Under the pieces are notes generated by a model, which saw only the letters and a program-made list of their open reading frames with translations, was not told the DNA's origin and ran no database searches. DNA of 64,000 nucleotides from the NCBI GenBank assembly GCA_045606105.1, contig JAZURI010000005.1:1-64000 (forward strand), read 5' to 3'. Shown here piece by piece: positions 1-10,976 of this stretch. Position numbers and translations under genes: made by a program. Position 1 is the stretch's first letter; the number at the start of each line of letters is the position of its first letter. Source of the DNA: Spirochaetia bacterium (GTDB lineage: Bacteria > Spirochaetota > Spirochaetia > CADAEX01).

Positions 1-183
1 TGTTATAGGGGCATCCAGATCCACGTCATCTGTAACATAAAGAGTCTCTCCGGACTTCAGGTCTGCTATGGCCTGTGCAAGGTCGTCACCTGCCTTGAAT
101 ACAGGAGGCTGGCTGCTGTTGTCACATGAGAACATAACACATATGGCACAAAGAAGTGCTGTGATAGCAATAAATTTTTTCAT
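1..183 (-). CDS. Lipoprotein, 5' part only (runs off the window)
   Basis: Manual translation MKKFIAITALLCAICVMFSCDNSSQPPVFKAGDDLAQAIADLKSGETLYVT...; basic N-terminus, hydrophobic core, lipobox-like FSC. Confidence 0.75.
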   Translation of the reverse strand, partial: MKKFIAITALLCAICVMFSCDNSSQPPVFKAGDDLAQAIADLKSGETLYVTDDVDLDAPIT

Positions 184-215
184 AATCAATCTTCCTTTTA
201 ACTAAATTTTGCAGA

Positions 216-245
216 ACTTTACCACGGGGGGGGGGGGGCTGTCAA
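216..245 (-). promoter_or_regulatory. Sigma70-type promoter with a C13 tract in the -35/-10 spacer
   Basis: Minus strand reads TTGACA (245-240), G, C13, GTGG, TAAAGT (221-216); G13 at 226-238 on the + strand. Confidence 0.7.
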
Positions 246-333
246 GCATAAAGCCTGGTAAATAATTATCACTTAAGTAGTACTAAAAAAAATCCCAGCC
301 GGTCGGGCGGGGTAATATTAAAATCTATCCGGG

Positions 334-1575
334 TTACCAGATCAGTGTGGCAAAGTAGTCGTCCAGGGTTTCTGCACGGCGGATCTGCTTTACTGAACCG
401 TCTTCCTTCAGCAGCAGCTCTGCGGAACGGAGCTTTCCGTTGTAGTTGAAGCCCATTGCAAACCCGTGGGCACCGGTTTCGTGGATAACAATGGTGTCGC
501 CGATCCTGATTTCAGGCATCTTCCTGTCAATGGCAAACTTATCGTTGTTCTCGCAGAGGGAACCGGTGATATCGTAGGTAAATTCTTCTTTTCCCTCAGG
601 ATTATCCATGTTTGTAATATGATGATATGCACCGTAAAGGGCCGGTCTCATGAGGTTGGCCATGCAGGCATCAAGCCCGATATAGCTCTTGTAGGTGTTC
701 TTTGTATGGATGGCTGTGGTCACAAGATATCCGTAAGGGCCTGTAACCATACGTCCGCATTCCATTACCACCTTCAGAGGAGCAAGCCCTGCAGCTGAAA
801 TATATTTTTCATATTCCCTGCGGATTCCTTCGGAAACATATTCCAGATCCACTGCCTTCTGGTCAGGCTTGTACGGAATACCGATTCCCCCTCCCAGGTT
901 CACGAACTCAAAGCTGATTCCCACTTCCTCGGAGATTTCAGCTACCAGCTCGAAAAGGAGCTTTGCAGTTTCAATGAAGTAATCGGGATTGAGCTCGTTG
1001 GATGCAACCATGGTATGGAGACCGAAGCGTTTTGCCCCTTTGGCTTTCATGATTCTGTATGCTTCAAAGAGCTGAGGTCTTGTAAGTCCGTATTTTGCCT
1101 CTTCCGGCTTTCCGATAAGGGCATTTCCCCCCTTGAGAGGACCCGGATTGTATCTGAAGCATGCCAGCTCAGGGATTCCGCCGTTTTCTTCAAGAAAATC
1201 GATATGGGTAATTTCATCCAGATTGATTACGGCTCCCAGCTCGGAAGCCTTCCTGTATTCGGAAGCAGGGGTATCGTTGGAGGTAAACATGATCTCCTCT
1301 CCCTTCAGCCCCACCTTTTCGGACATTACCAGCTCTGCCATGGATGAACAGTCGGCACCCATTCCCTCCTCCTTGAGAATCTGCAGGATGGCAGGGTTAG
1401 GAAGAGCCTTTACGGCAAAATAATTCCTGAAGCCTCCCGGAACCCAGGAAAAAGCCTTGTAGAAGCGACGGGCATTCTCCCTAATCGCCTTCTCGTCATA
1501 GATATGAAACGGAGTAGGGTTCTCCGCAATGATCTTTTTAATCTGTTCGTTTGTAAATGGTATTTTTTTCAACAT
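334..1575 (-). CDS. lysA: Diaminopimelate decarboxylase
   Basis: FAVKA PLP lysine, NLGGG, ECGR, GSLCENND motifs. Confidence 0.93.
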   Translation of the reverse strand: MLKKIPFTNEQIKKIIAENPTPFHIYDEKAIRENARRFYKAFSWVPGGFRNYFAVKALPNPAILQILKEEGMGADCSSMAELVMSEKVGLKGEEIMFTSNDTPASEYRKASELGAVINLDEITHIDFLEENGGIPELACFRYNPGPLKGGNALIGKPEEAKYGLTRPQLFEAYRIMKAKGAKRFGLHTMVASNELNPDYFIETAKLLFELVAEISEEVGISFEFVNLGGGIGIPYKPDQKAVDLEYVSEGIRREYEKYISAAGLAPLKVVMECGRMVTGPYGYLVTTAIHTKNTYKSYIGLDACMANLMRPALYGAYHHITNMDNPEGKEEFTYDITGSLCENNDKFAIDRKMPEIRIGDTIVIHETGAHGFAMGFNYNGKLRSAELLLKEDGSVKQIRRAETLDDYFATLIW

Positions 1576-1634
1576 AACTATTTATATATTGTTATTGTCT
1601 TTTTTTGTCAACTTTGTTATCTATAATAATAGAT

Positions 1635-2879
1635 ATGCTTATTGATATAATCATCATTATTGTTTTACTTCTGTTGTCAGCTTTCTGTTCGGCATCGGAA
1701 ACAGCTTTTACATCACTTTCACTGCTGCAGGTAGAAAATCTTGCTTCTTCAAAGGGCAAACAGGGAAAACGGATCAAGGCAATGTATGAGAAGCCTGATA
1801 TTTTCATCGCTACCGTACTTATCTGCAACAACCTGGTAAACATCAGCCTTTCAGCTTATGTAACAAGCTATACCATCAGAACCTGGGGAAACGAGGCAGT
1901 GGGTGTAGTTACCGGAGTTCTCACCCTTCTTATTCTCATCTTCGGAGAGGTTACTCCAAAGAACATGGCCATTGCATGGAACGAAACCATTGCCCTTTAC
2001 ACAGCGCCTGTCTTTGCAGCCTGCTCAATCATTCTCTATCCTGTTATAGTGGTCATCAACAGCTGCAGCAACTTCATGACCCGCATCATCGGAAACAGGA
2101 ACAGCAAGAAAATGTCTGCAGAAATGATCTACAGCCTTATCAGCTATGCCGCCAACAAGGGGCTGGTAAAGGATTATGAAAAAAGAATGGTTCAGGGGGT
2201 TTTCAACCTGGGACACAGCACCCTCAGGAATATAATGACCCACAGGACCGATGTATTTTCACTGAAACAGGACTGTAGCGTTTCCGAGGTCATAGAGACA
2301 GTGGACAAGCTCCGTTTCTCCAGAATCCCTATTTTCGATGAAAATCCCGAAGATATTGTAGGTATAGTCAAGACCTCCCGTATCATGAAGGAACTCTGGA
2401 ACGACCGTTATGACACAAAGCTGAAGGATATTGCGGAAGAGGCACTCTTTGTTCCCGAAAGCCGGAAAATCAGCCAGGTTTTCAAGCAGATGAAAAAGGA
2501 AAAGGAGCATATAGCCGTGGTTCTCGATGAATACGGCGGACTTGCGGGTATCGTGACACTGGATGATATCGTGGCAGGTATCCTGGGTGAGATTTCCGAC
2601 GAAAGCGAAGAGCCGGAAACAGAAAAGGTAATCAAGATATCGGCCCGGGAATTCATAATCTACGGAGAGGCCCCTGTGGCATCGATAGATGAAAAATTGA
2701 AGATATCGCTTCCGTGGGACAACAGCATCCGTACCATCGGCGGTCTCTTAATAAAATATATAGAAAGAATTCCCGCTACCGGGGAAGAGGTTTATATCGA
2801 GAAATTCAGATTTATTATCGAAGATGTATCTGACAGACAGATACTCAAGGTAAGGTTATTTCTCCCCGATCCAGAATAA
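1635..2879 (+). CDS. Hemolysin/CNNM (DUF21-CBS-CorC) family protein
   Basis: SAFCSASETAF, FGEVTPK, CBS pair, VLDEYGG; start taken at ATG 1635. Confidence 0.88.
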   Translation: MLIDIIIIIVLLLLSAFCSASETAFTSLSLLQVENLASSKGKQGKRIKAMYEKPDIFIATVLICNNLVNISLSAYVTSYTIRTWGNEAVGVVTGVLTLLILIFGEVTPKNMAIAWNETIALYTAPVFAACSIILYPVIVVINSCSNFMTRIIGNRNSKKMSAEMIYSLISYAANKGLVKDYEKRMVQGVFNLGHSTLRNIMTHRTDVFSLKQDCSVSEVIETVDKLRFSRIPIFDENPEDIVGIVKTSRIMKELWNDRYDTKLKDIAEEALFVPESRKISQVFKQMKKEKEHIAVVLDEYGGLAGIVTLDDIVAGILGEISDESEEPETEKVIKISAREFIIYGEAPVASIDEKLKISLPWDNSIRTIGGLLIKYIERIPATGEEVYIEKFRFIIEDVSDRQILKVRLFLPDPE

Positions 2880-3903
2880 TCCGGCTTGAACCGTCCTCAA
2901 AGAACAGCTCTATGGTAGGCATTCTCACCAGTCCGTCCAGATGGATCAGTGCAGGGGCATCCTCGTCGTAATTGCTTCCTATGGCTATATGACAGGTCCT
3001 GAAGGCTTTTTCGTCCTCCAGCATGTTACCTCTGATTTCCGCCGCAGGATTAAGTCCGATTCCCACCTCGCCCAGGTTTCTGGCATTGCGGGCATATTCC
3101 GGAGAACAGTTTTTCCCGCCCTGAAGCACGGTATCCTCAAGAACGGCAGCATCGGGAGATTCATCCGAATTGAAGCTTACGCAGAAGCCCTTCTCCACCC
3201 TGGCTCTGATGGGATTGCTGATTACGATATCCCCGGACTTCACGGAAATGCTTCCGTCAAAGACTATTGTCCCCTCGGAGGTTCCCAGCTCAGGAGAAAT
3301 GAATACCTCTCCGGCAGGAATGTTTCCCCCGGCACCAGGATATGAAAAGTTTCCGTCATCCTCAAAGGCCTTTCTGTTCCGGAGTCCGACCTGAAGATCG
3401 GTACCGCCCGGCGAGGTGATATGCATCCTCTCTGCCCTGTCCAGCAGCTCCTTGAGTCTGATACAGTTCGCCTTGAGCTCCTCATAGCTTATAGGCACTG
3501 TCCTGATGAACATATCGCGGGTAATGCCCGGGGTCCAGAAGGAACGCACCTTCTTTGTCTCCATGAGGTAATGAAAAGTATTGTTTATCTCCTTGCCGTC
3601 CAGTATGTAGGGATGCTCAACCGCCGCCTTGTCCTTCCCCAGCTTGTTATGGCTTACGGAAAGAATAATGTCAGGTTCGCTCTTTATGGCTGCAATGACA
3701 GATTCATCGGCATAATCGAACTGAGTCTTCACCGGCTGTACCGCAATAACAGGAAGAGCCCCTACCTTTTCCAACGCCCGGTATATTGCAAGGGAAATAA
3801 GATAAACTTCCTCTTCGGGATTGGTTATGATAAGGGCCCTTTCGCCTGCTTTTGCCTTTAAAACATCACGAACCGTGATTTCGGCACTTTTATCGAGATT
3901 CAT
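2845..3903 (-). CDS. M29-like aminopeptidase
   Basis: GNIPAGEVF, LGEVGIGLN, EDEK, HIAIG, HLDG motifs. Confidence 0.8.
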   Translation of the reverse strand: MNLDKSAEITVRDVLKAKAGERALIITNPEEEVYLISLAIYRALEKVGALPVIAVQPVKTQFDYADESVIAAIKSEPDIILSVSHNKLGKDKAAVEHPYILDGKEINNTFHYLMETKKVRSFWTPGITRDMFIRTVPISYEELKANCIRLKELLDRAERMHITSPGGTDLQVGLRNRKAFEDDGNFSYPGAGGNIPAGEVFISPELGTSEGTIVFDGSISVKSGDIVISNPIRARVEKGFCVSFNSDESPDAAVLEDTVLQGGKNCSPEYARNARNLGEVGIGLNPAAEIRGNMLEDEKAFRTCHIAIGSNYDEDAPALIHLDGLVRMPTIELFFEDGSSRIILDRGEITLP

Positions 3904-4151
3904 TTTGCGTTCATTTTTTCATTCATCTGCTCAATCATCTCTTTCATTTCTTTTACTCTTGCATTGATCTTGAAGAGTGTGTAGAAAGGTACTACGATGA
4001 GAGCTTCAATAAGGAATGTCGCAAGCACTCCGCAAACGAGGCCGAGAACTCCATCTTCCGCATAACCGAAATATCCTCCGATTATAATCAGAACCCATAA
4101 AGTGATCTCGATAATCATCTTGTTGGTCTTACCTTTACTTGATAGCGCCAT
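3900..4151 (-). CDS. Small membrane protein, unknown function
   Basis: Two hydrophobic segments; GGAGG RBS; overlaps the downstream start. Confidence 0.6.
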   Translation of the reverse strand: MALSSKGKTNKMIIEITLWVLIIIGGYFGYAEDGVLGLVCGVLATFLIEALIVVPFYTLFKINARVKEMKEMIEQMNEKMNAK

Positions 4152-4239
4152 TGGACTGTCCCTCCTTTTTCAATATAATTTAATTATAAGGAATTTTCTG
4201 AATATTGCAAGAAGAATTTTTTATTGATAGTATCATAAT

Positions 4240-5310
4240 ATGTTCAACAAACTTGACAGTATGGAAAATAAGTTCAATGAGCTGGAGAAACAGCTTGCAG
4301 ACAGCAGTGTCATGCAGGATATGAAAAGATACAGCGAGCTGATGAAGGAGCATGCCTCCGCCAAGGAAATCATTGACAGTTACGCAGTTTACAAGAAAAT
4401 AGTCTCGGAGCTGAAGGAGGCCAGGGAGCTGGCTGAAATGGAAAAGGATCCGGAGCTCAGGGAGATGGCAAAGGAAGAGATAAAGGAGCTGGAATCGAGA
4501 AAAGAGGAGCAGACCCAGCTTCTCCGTACCATGCTTATTCCGAAGGACCCCCTTGACCTGAAAAATATCATCATGGAAATCAGAGCCGGAACAGGTGGCG
4601 ACGAAGCCGGACTTTTTGCCGCCGACCTTTTCAGGATGTATTCCAAGTTTTCCGAAACCAGAAAATGGAAAATAGAGATTCTTTCCTCCCATGAAAGCGG
4701 CCTGGGTGGCTTCAAGGAAATCGTTTTTTCGGTTACCGGAAAGAATGTTTACGAAAACCTCAAGTTCGAAAGCGGAGTTCACCGCGTACAGCGTATCCCG
4801 GAAACAGAATCGGGAGGAAGAATCCATACCTCTGCCGTTACCGTAGCCGTACTGCCGGAAGCGGAGGAAACCGATATCCAGATCAATCAGGAAGATCTGA
4901 AAATAGATGTTTACCGTTCATCGGGACCGGGGGGACAGTGTGTAAACACCACCGACTCCGCAGTCAGGATGACTCATATTCCTACCGGTATAGTGGTTAT
5001 CTGCCAGGATGAGAAATCCCAGATAAAGAACCGTGCCAAGGCCCTGAGGGTTCTCCGTGCCAGGCTTTTCGAGATGGAGGAGGCCAAGAAGCAGAAGGAG
5101 AGATCCGAAGCAAGAAAGAACCAGGTCGGCTCCGGAGACAGATCCGAGAGAATCAGAACCTACAACTTCCCTCAGAACCGCCTTACCGACCACAGGATAA
5201 ACCTGACCCTTTACAAGCTTGACCTTATAATCGACGGTGCCATGGAAGAGCTGCTCGATACACTTAAGCTTGAGTTCAGGGAACAGCTGCTGAAGGAGCA
5301 TGCACTTTAA
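4240..5310 (+). CDS. prfA: Peptide chain release factor 1
   Basis: PET anticodon motif, GGQ motif, upstream of prmC. Confidence 0.97.
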   Translation: MFNKLDSMENKFNELEKQLADSSVMQDMKRYSELMKEHASAKEIIDSYAVYKKIVSELKEARELAEMEKDPELREMAKEEIKELESRKEEQTQLLRTMLIPKDPLDLKNIIMEIRAGTGGDEAGLFAADLFRMYSKFSETRKWKIEILSSHESGLGGFKEIVFSVTGKNVYENLKFESGVHRVQRIPETESGGRIHTSAVTVAVLPEAEETDIQINQEDLKIDVYRSSGPGGQCVNTTDSAVRMTHIPTGIVVICQDEKSQIKNRAKALRVLRARLFEMEEAKKQKERSEARKNQVGSGDRSERIRTYNFPQNRLTDHRINLTLYKLDLIIDGAMEELLDTLKLEFREQLLKEHAL

Positions 5311-5313
5311 GCC

Positions 5314-6168
5314 ATGACAGTACGGGAAGCCATAGAACAGGGAGCAGCTCAGATTGCAGCCAGATGGGACGAGACCCCAAGGCTGGATGCCTCCGTTATC
5401 CTGGCCCATTCCATGGGTATAACCAGGGAGAAGCTGCTGGCTGCCTATCCGGATCCCGTACCGGAGGATGCACTTCAGACTTATACGGAAGGAATCGGTC
5501 GCCGGGTTTCGGGCTGGCCGGTAGCCTATATTACGGGACATCAGGAATTCTATGCCCTGGACTTCAAGGTGAATACCGATGTACTGGTACCGAGACACGA
5601 TACGGAAATACTGGCAGAAGAGGCTCTGAGGCTTCTTTCGGAATCGAAAGGGAGCACCCCGCGGGTGCTTGACCTCTGCACGGGCAGCGGCTGCATTGCA
5701 GTCTCCCTGAAATACAACTGCCCTGAAGCAGAGGTGGAAGCCTCAGATATCTCTCCGGCCGCCCTGGAGGTTTTCAGGGAAAACTGCAGAAACATACTCG
5801 GACGGGAACTCCGGAACTACAATACCGACCTTCTGGAGGGAATAACCGGACCGTATGACATTATTGTATCCAATCCCCCTTACCTGACTGAGGAGACCAC
5901 CGACAGCATGAAAAACGGCGGATGGCCGGAACCGAGGCTGGCACTGGAGGGAGGCTGCGACGGACTTGATTTTATAAGGTCAATTATAAGGTCGTCAAAA
6001 ACAAGGTTAAAAGAGGGAGGTTATCTCCTTTTTGAAGCCGATCCGTCCCAGATGAAATGTATAAAAGAGGAATATGAAAATAATTTATTCTCTGATATAA
6101 TAGTAAAAAAGGATCTGGCCGGAAGAGACAGGGTCATCCTGGGAAAGAACTGCTATGGGAAGAGTTGA
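5314..6168 (+). CDS. prmC: Release factor glutamine methyltransferase
   Basis: DLCTGSG and NPPY motifs, next to prfA. Confidence 0.95.
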   Translation: MTVREAIEQGAAQIAARWDETPRLDASVILAHSMGITREKLLAAYPDPVPEDALQTYTEGIGRRVSGWPVAYITGHQEFYALDFKVNTDVLVPRHDTEILAEEALRLLSESKGSTPRVLDLCTGSGCIAVSLKYNCPEAEVEASDISPAALEVFRENCRNILGRELRNYNTDLLEGITGPYDIIVSNPPYLTEETTDSMKNGGWPEPRLALEGGCDGLDFIRSIIRSSKTRLKEGGYLLFEADPSQMKCIKEEYENNLFSDIIVKKDLAGRDRVILGKNCYGKS

Positions 6169-8173
6169 AAAAGATATCGACATACTGAAATCAAAGCTTA
6201 TTGCCGCGAATTATAAAGAAGAGGACATAAAGAAGATCATGCGTGCCGCCGGTTTCGGCAAGATATGGCACGAGGAGCAGAAAAGGGCCAGCGGCGAGCC
6301 TTACTTCATCCACCCTATCAAGGTGGCTTCTATTCTCATAGACCTGAACATGGATGCAGATACTGTTGTGGCAGGTCTTCTTCACGACTCTGTGGAGGAT
6401 ACCGACATCACGCTGGATTTTCTGAAGATGCAGTTCGGGGAATCGGTGGCCAACCTTATCGACGGTGTTACAAAGATAAGCATTCTCAAGGCCCAGAGCA
6501 AATCGGCCCAGGCGGTGGAAACCATCAGGAAGATCATGATAGCCATGGCCAAGGATATAAGGGTCATTATCATAAAGCTGGCAGACAGGGTCCACAACAT
6601 GAGAACCCTCAACTACCTCAGGCCGGACAAGCAGAAAAGAATTTCCAGGGAAACACTGGACATATATGCTCCGCTTGCGGGACAGCTCTGTATTTCGGGT
6701 GTAAGGGCCGAGCTGGAGGATCTCTCCTTCAAGTACCTGAATCCGGAAATGTACAAGAAGATCAAGCAGTTCCTCTCCTACAAGAAAAGGAAAATCAATG
6801 CCTATCTGGAGGAGCATCAGAGGATAATCAAGGAAGCGGCCGCCGCAGAGGGAATCGAGATCAAGACCGAAGCCAGGGCCAAGAGCATCTATTCCATCTA
6901 CCGGAAAATGAAGAAATACGATACCGAGCCAAGCGGTCTCTACGACCTTATCGGATTGAGAATATACTGTAATACAGTAACCGAGTGCTATGCCCTCCTG
7001 AGTATCGTACACGGTCTCTGGGAGCCTATCGGTCACAGACTGAAGGATTATATCTCTGTTCCTAAGCCAAACGGATACCAGAGCCTCCACACCGCAGTAA
7101 TAGCGGGAGAGGGAAAAACCCTGGAGGTACAGATCAGGACCCACGCCATGCATATTGCGGCAGAGTACGGTATTGCGGCTCACTGGCTCTACAAGACCGG
7201 AAAGGTGGCAGGCTCATACAAGCCTAAGGATATAGCCCTGCTGAACCGTCTCAAGAACTGGAACAGGATAAACGAGGACCAGGCCCATTTCCTGGACGAC
7301 CTGAAGGAGGAAATCCTGAAGGATACAATCTTCGTTTTCACCCCTAACGGAGATGCCATAGAGCTTCCTACAGGCTCCACAGCCATAGACTTTGCCTACC
7401 ATATCCATACCGAAATCGGAAACCACTGTATGGCAGCCAAGGCTGACGGCGTCATCATTCCTCTCAGCCGCGAACTCAAGAACGCCCAGAGCGTGGAAAT
7501 CATAACCAATGCATCGGTTCATCCTAACCTGAACTGGCTCAGAACCGTAAAATCGGCCAGGGCAAAGGGAAGAATCAGGGCATGGCTCAACAAGAATGCA
7601 GATCTCCATATCGGAAACAATATTGTCGTAACCAAGGAGATACTTCCTAAGCCGGATGCCAGGAAGGCGCTGCCGAGGGTACAGCTTCCTGATGACATAA
7701 AGAATATTGTCCGGGAGGTTATAGACAAGAACAGGGTTACCCTTAAGGTGGGCGGCGAGAAGAACATGCTCATCACCATGGCCAGATGCTGTTCCCCTTC
7801 GGTGGGAGACGAGATCGTAGGATATGTATCTGTGGGCCGGGGTGTCATTGTCCACAAGAAGGATTGTCCTAACCTGAAGGGAATCAACCAGATTAATCTC
7901 AGGATGATAAATGTGGAGTGGGAAACTGTTTCCGCCAAGCCGACAAAGAGATACAAGGTGGTTTCAAGGCCGTCACAGGATATTTTCTCGGAAATCGAAG
8001 GTGCCGTAAAGAAAAATCACGGCCATGTCATAGAGGGACAGCTTGCCGAGGAGTCCGAGAACAGGATGACAAGCTATATCACCATAGAAATAGACAGGAA
8101 GGAAGACTTCAAGAAAGCGGTCAAGAATATAAAGACAATTCCTTCCGTACTGAACATAAACGAAATCATATAG
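6155..8173 (+). CDS. relA: (p)ppGpp synthetase/hydrolase (long RSH)
   Basis: HD domain (LLHD), synthetase (YQSLHT, EVQIRT), TGS and C-terminal domains. Confidence 0.93.
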   Translation: MGRVEKDIDILKSKLIAANYKEEDIKKIMRAAGFGKIWHEEQKRASGEPYFIHPIKVASILIDLNMDADTVVAGLLHDSVEDTDITLDFLKMQFGESVANLIDGVTKISILKAQSKSAQAVETIRKIMIAMAKDIRVIIIKLADRVHNMRTLNYLRPDKQKRISRETLDIYAPLAGQLCISGVRAELEDLSFKYLNPEMYKKIKQFLSYKKRKINAYLEEHQRIIKEAAAAEGIEIKTEARAKSIYSIYRKMKKYDTEPSGLYDLIGLRIYCNTVTECYALLSIVHGLWEPIGHRLKDYISVPKPNGYQSLHTAVIAGEGKTLEVQIRTHAMHIAAEYGIAAHWLYKTGKVAGSYKPKDIALLNRLKNWNRINEDQAHFLDDLKEEILKDTIFVFTPNGDAIELPTGSTAIDFAYHIHTEIGNHCMAAKADGVIIPLSRELKNAQSVEIITNASVHPNLNWLRTVKSARAKGRIRAWLNKNADLHIGNNIVVTKEILPKPDARKALPRVQLPDDIKNIVREVIDKNRVTLKVGGEKNMLITMARCCSPSVGDEIVGYVSVGRGVIVHKKDCPNLKGINQINLRMINVEWETVSAKPTKRYKVVSRPSQDIFSEIEGAVKKNHGHVIEGQLAEESENRMTSYITIEIDRKEDFKKAVKNIKTIPSVLNINEII

Positions 8174-8184
8174 GAGCACATGAT

Positions 8185-9306
8185 ATGAAATTTGATTGTC
8201 TGGTAATAGGTGCCGGTATTTCAGGCTGTACCTCAGCCAGATTGCTTGCAGAGGCCGGAAAAAAGGTTCTTGTTCTTGAAAAGAATAAATATGTGGCCGG
8301 AAACTGTCACGACTACCTTTCGGATGCCGGAGTTACGGTCCATACCCACGGGCCTCACATTTTCCATACAAACTTCAGGGAGGTATGGGATTTCCTTTCC
8401 CGATTTACGGAATTCCGCCATTTCCAGCACAAGGTACTGAGCTATGTTCACGGCACCACAGTTCCTTTTCCTATCAACTGCGATACGCTGAATGCGGTTT
8501 TCAACGAGAATATCTGCACAGAGGATGTACAGGATTTCCTCAAAAAGGAAACAGAAAAATCCACCTTTAAAACACCGGCTGAAAACTTCCGTGATGCAGT
8601 GGTCTGTCAGGTGGGAGAAAGGCTTTATGAGCTTTTTTTCAAGAATTATACAATAAAGCAGTGGGGAAGAGATCCCGAAGAGCTTTCTGCTGATGTTGCA
8701 GCCAGAATTCCGGTACGCTCCAACAGAGACTGCCGCTATTTTGCAGACCATTATCAGGGTATTCCGACCGGCGGATATACCAAGCTTATGGAGAGGATGC
8801 TGGATCATGACAACATTTCCATAATGACAGGCTGCGATTATTTCAGCATCAGAAAAAATCTTTCATCCATCTTCAACGAGAAAAAGGGAATCACCGTCTA
8901 CACCGGAGCTCTGGACAAATATTTCGACTTTGCCCACGGAAACCTGGAATACAGATCTGTTGATATCAGGTTCAGGACCGAGGACAAGGAATTCTATCAG
9001 GAAGCTGCTGTAGTCAACTACCCTAACGACTACGACTTTACCAGAATCACCGAGTTCAAGCACATGACAGGGGAGAAATCGGACAAGACTGTTATCTGCA
9101 TGGAATATCCTAAGCAGCAGGGACATCCTTATTATGTGGTAATGACCAAGGAAAACATGGAAAAAAGGGAAAAGTACATGGCCGAGGTGAAGGCGCTGGA
9201 GGAAACAGGCCGCTTTGTTTTCACCGGAAGGCTGGCTGAATACAAATATTATAACATGGACCAGGCTGTTAAGGCTGCCATGGACAAGATAAGGGGAATC
9301 CTATGA
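8185..9306 (+). CDS. glf: UDP-galactopyranose mutase
   Basis: GAGISG FAD motif, GPHIFHT, GRLAEYKYYNMDQ; true start ATG 8185. Confidence 0.95.
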   Translation: MKFDCLVIGAGISGCTSARLLAEAGKKVLVLEKNKYVAGNCHDYLSDAGVTVHTHGPHIFHTNFREVWDFLSRFTEFRHFQHKVLSYVHGTTVPFPINCDTLNAVFNENICTEDVQDFLKKETEKSTFKTPAENFRDAVVCQVGERLYELFFKNYTIKQWGRDPEELSADVAARIPVRSNRDCRYFADHYQGIPTGGYTKLMERMLDHDNISIMTGCDYFSIRKNLSSIFNEKKGITVYTGALDKYFDFAHGNLEYRSVDIRFRTEDKEFYQEAAVVNYPNDYDFTRITEFKHMTGEKSDKTVICMEYPKQQGHPYYVVMTKENMEKREKYMAEVKALEETGRFVFTGRLAEYKYYNMDQAVKAAMDKIRGIL

Positions 9307-10976
9307 GAAAAATTCTTGCGGTAATGATACTTCTTCTTGTATCACTGCCTGTTTTTTCACAGTCTGCAAAAAATATACCCTATGAAGATCCGGTATATGA
9401 ATTTCTTGACAAATGTTATTCCAAGGGATGGATCTATTATATCCCGGATGTAAAGCCTTATACAGAAAAGCGTGCCCTGGGTTACCTCAAGGAGGTAAGG
9501 GCACTTTTCATGGAGGAGCCTGAAAGATTTACACCGGAAGACAAGGAAAAGCTTTTCCATCATATCGACAGGCTGGAGGGAAACAAGTTCAACCTTTTCA
9601 GATATGAGACCGAGAATATTCAGGCTGACCTGAACCTGGCCCCTCATGCAGAGATCAATTCCGCACTGAACGAACCTTCCGATTCTGCCATCGGCGGAGG
9701 AAGCGAATTCATGATAGACCTCTATGCCTACGACAACTTCTACATGGGTCTCAGGAGCGATATCTACATGACAGCCGATTTCTGGGAGGATGCTCCTTAT
9801 CCTTATTACAGGAATCCTCACAAGCCGGACTTCAACATGTATACCTACAACCTCAGCGAAGGAACCAAGAGCTTCAACCATGATGCCGAAAGACATGTAG
9901 GGGATACCGATGTTTCCATAAGAATGGACCAGACCAACCAGGTTTCGGCCGATTTCAGGTTTGCCCATATCTCCTTCGGAAGAAATGCCCTTAACTGGGG
10001 TCCTGGAGAACAGGCAGCCCTTTCCCTTTCCAAAACATCAAAGCCGTATGAATATTTCTTCTACGACATTCCGTTGGGAGACAAGATCTATTTCAGCTGG
10101 ATGACAGGTTTCCTGAGAGATGAGGAGGCTTTCGGCGCCACAGTGGATCAGGACAAGCTGATTACCGCACACAGGATTGAATTCCAGCCTTTCAAATGGT
10201 TCATGTTCTCCATCTACGAAACAGTAGTCTATTCCCACAGACTGGCCCTTTCATACATCAACCCGTTCTCGCTCTATTACATAAGCGAGGTTTCACAGGG
10301 TGACAGGGACAACAAGTTCGGCGGTATGGACTTTGTTTTCAGATTCATGGAATCCAAGCTCTATTTCTCCCTTTTCCTGGATGACTGGGATTTCGGAGAA
10401 GCGCTCAACCTGAACTATTACCACAACATCGGTGCCATCACTGCCGGTTACAAGATCTACGACGTGGTGCCTAAATTCGACCTGACCCTGGAATACACCT
10501 ACCTTTCACACTGGATGTATTCCCACAAGCTGTTCTCAGGCAACAACAGAAGCAACTATTCCCATTACGGTTCTTCAGTAGGTCATTACCTGCCGCCTAA
10601 CTCACAGCTGGCATTTGCCGATATCACCTACAACTATTCCCCTAACCTGGCAGTGGGACTTTCATTCCTCTTCACACAGCACAGTGTGGGAGACATCAAT
10701 ACACATGCCCACGATGATTCGGTAGGAGGATGGGACATGGGAGGCCTCTACGATGACTGGGATGACAACTACAACTTCCTGGACTACGGAATAGACGGAA
10801 TCGTAAGACAGTCAGACCTGGAATGGACACTTCACGGAGAATACAGGATTCCGTACTACGGTCTCAAGTTCATGGGTGCATTTACCCTTGATTACACCAT
10901 CAACAAAAACCAGATAGAAGGAGATGACGAATGGAGGGCACTTCTTACCCTTGCCGCAAAATGGCAGGCTTACTGA
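9303..10976 (+). CDS. Wzi-like outer-membrane beta-barrel protein
   Basis: Signal peptide, GR..WGPG, HRIEF, YINPF, terminal aromatic residue. Confidence 0.65.
   Translation: MRKILAVMILLLVSLPVFSQSAKNIPYEDPVYEFLDKCYSKGWIYYIPDVKPYTEKRALGYLKEVRALFMEEPERFTPEDKEKLFHHIDRLEGNKFNLFRYETENIQADLNLAPHAEINSALNEPSDSAIGGGSEFMIDLYAYDNFYMGLRSDIYMTADFWEDAPYPYYRNPHKPDFNMYTYNLSEGTKSFNHDAERHVGDTDVSIRMDQTNQVSADFRFAHISFGRNALNWGPGEQAALSLSKTSKPYEYFFYDIPLGDKIYFSWMTGFLRDEEAFGATVDQDKLITAHRIEFQPFKWFMFSIYETVVYSHRLALSYINPFSLYYISEVSQGDRDNKFGGMDFVFRFMESKLYFSLFLDDWDFGEALNLNYYHNIGAITAGYKIYDVVPKFDLTLEYTYLSHWMYSHKLFSGNNRSNYSHYGSSVGHYLPPNSQLAFADITYNYSPNLAVGLSFLFTQHSVGDINTHAHDDSVGGWDMGGLYDDWDDNYNFLDYGIDGIVRQSDLEWTLHGEYRIPYYGLKFMGAFTLDYTINKNQIEGDDEWRALLTLAAKWQAY

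Noticed and set aside
4240-5310. Genome-wide TAG recoding as the explanation for the two TAG-ATG junctions
   Set aside because: RF1 is intact (PET, GGQ), and TAG ends relA, nfeD, the HAD gene and folA at their expected C-termini.
7918-8184. N-terminal extension of Glf
   Set aside because: It is an off-frame overlap with relA; the Rossmann motif begins right after ATG 8185.
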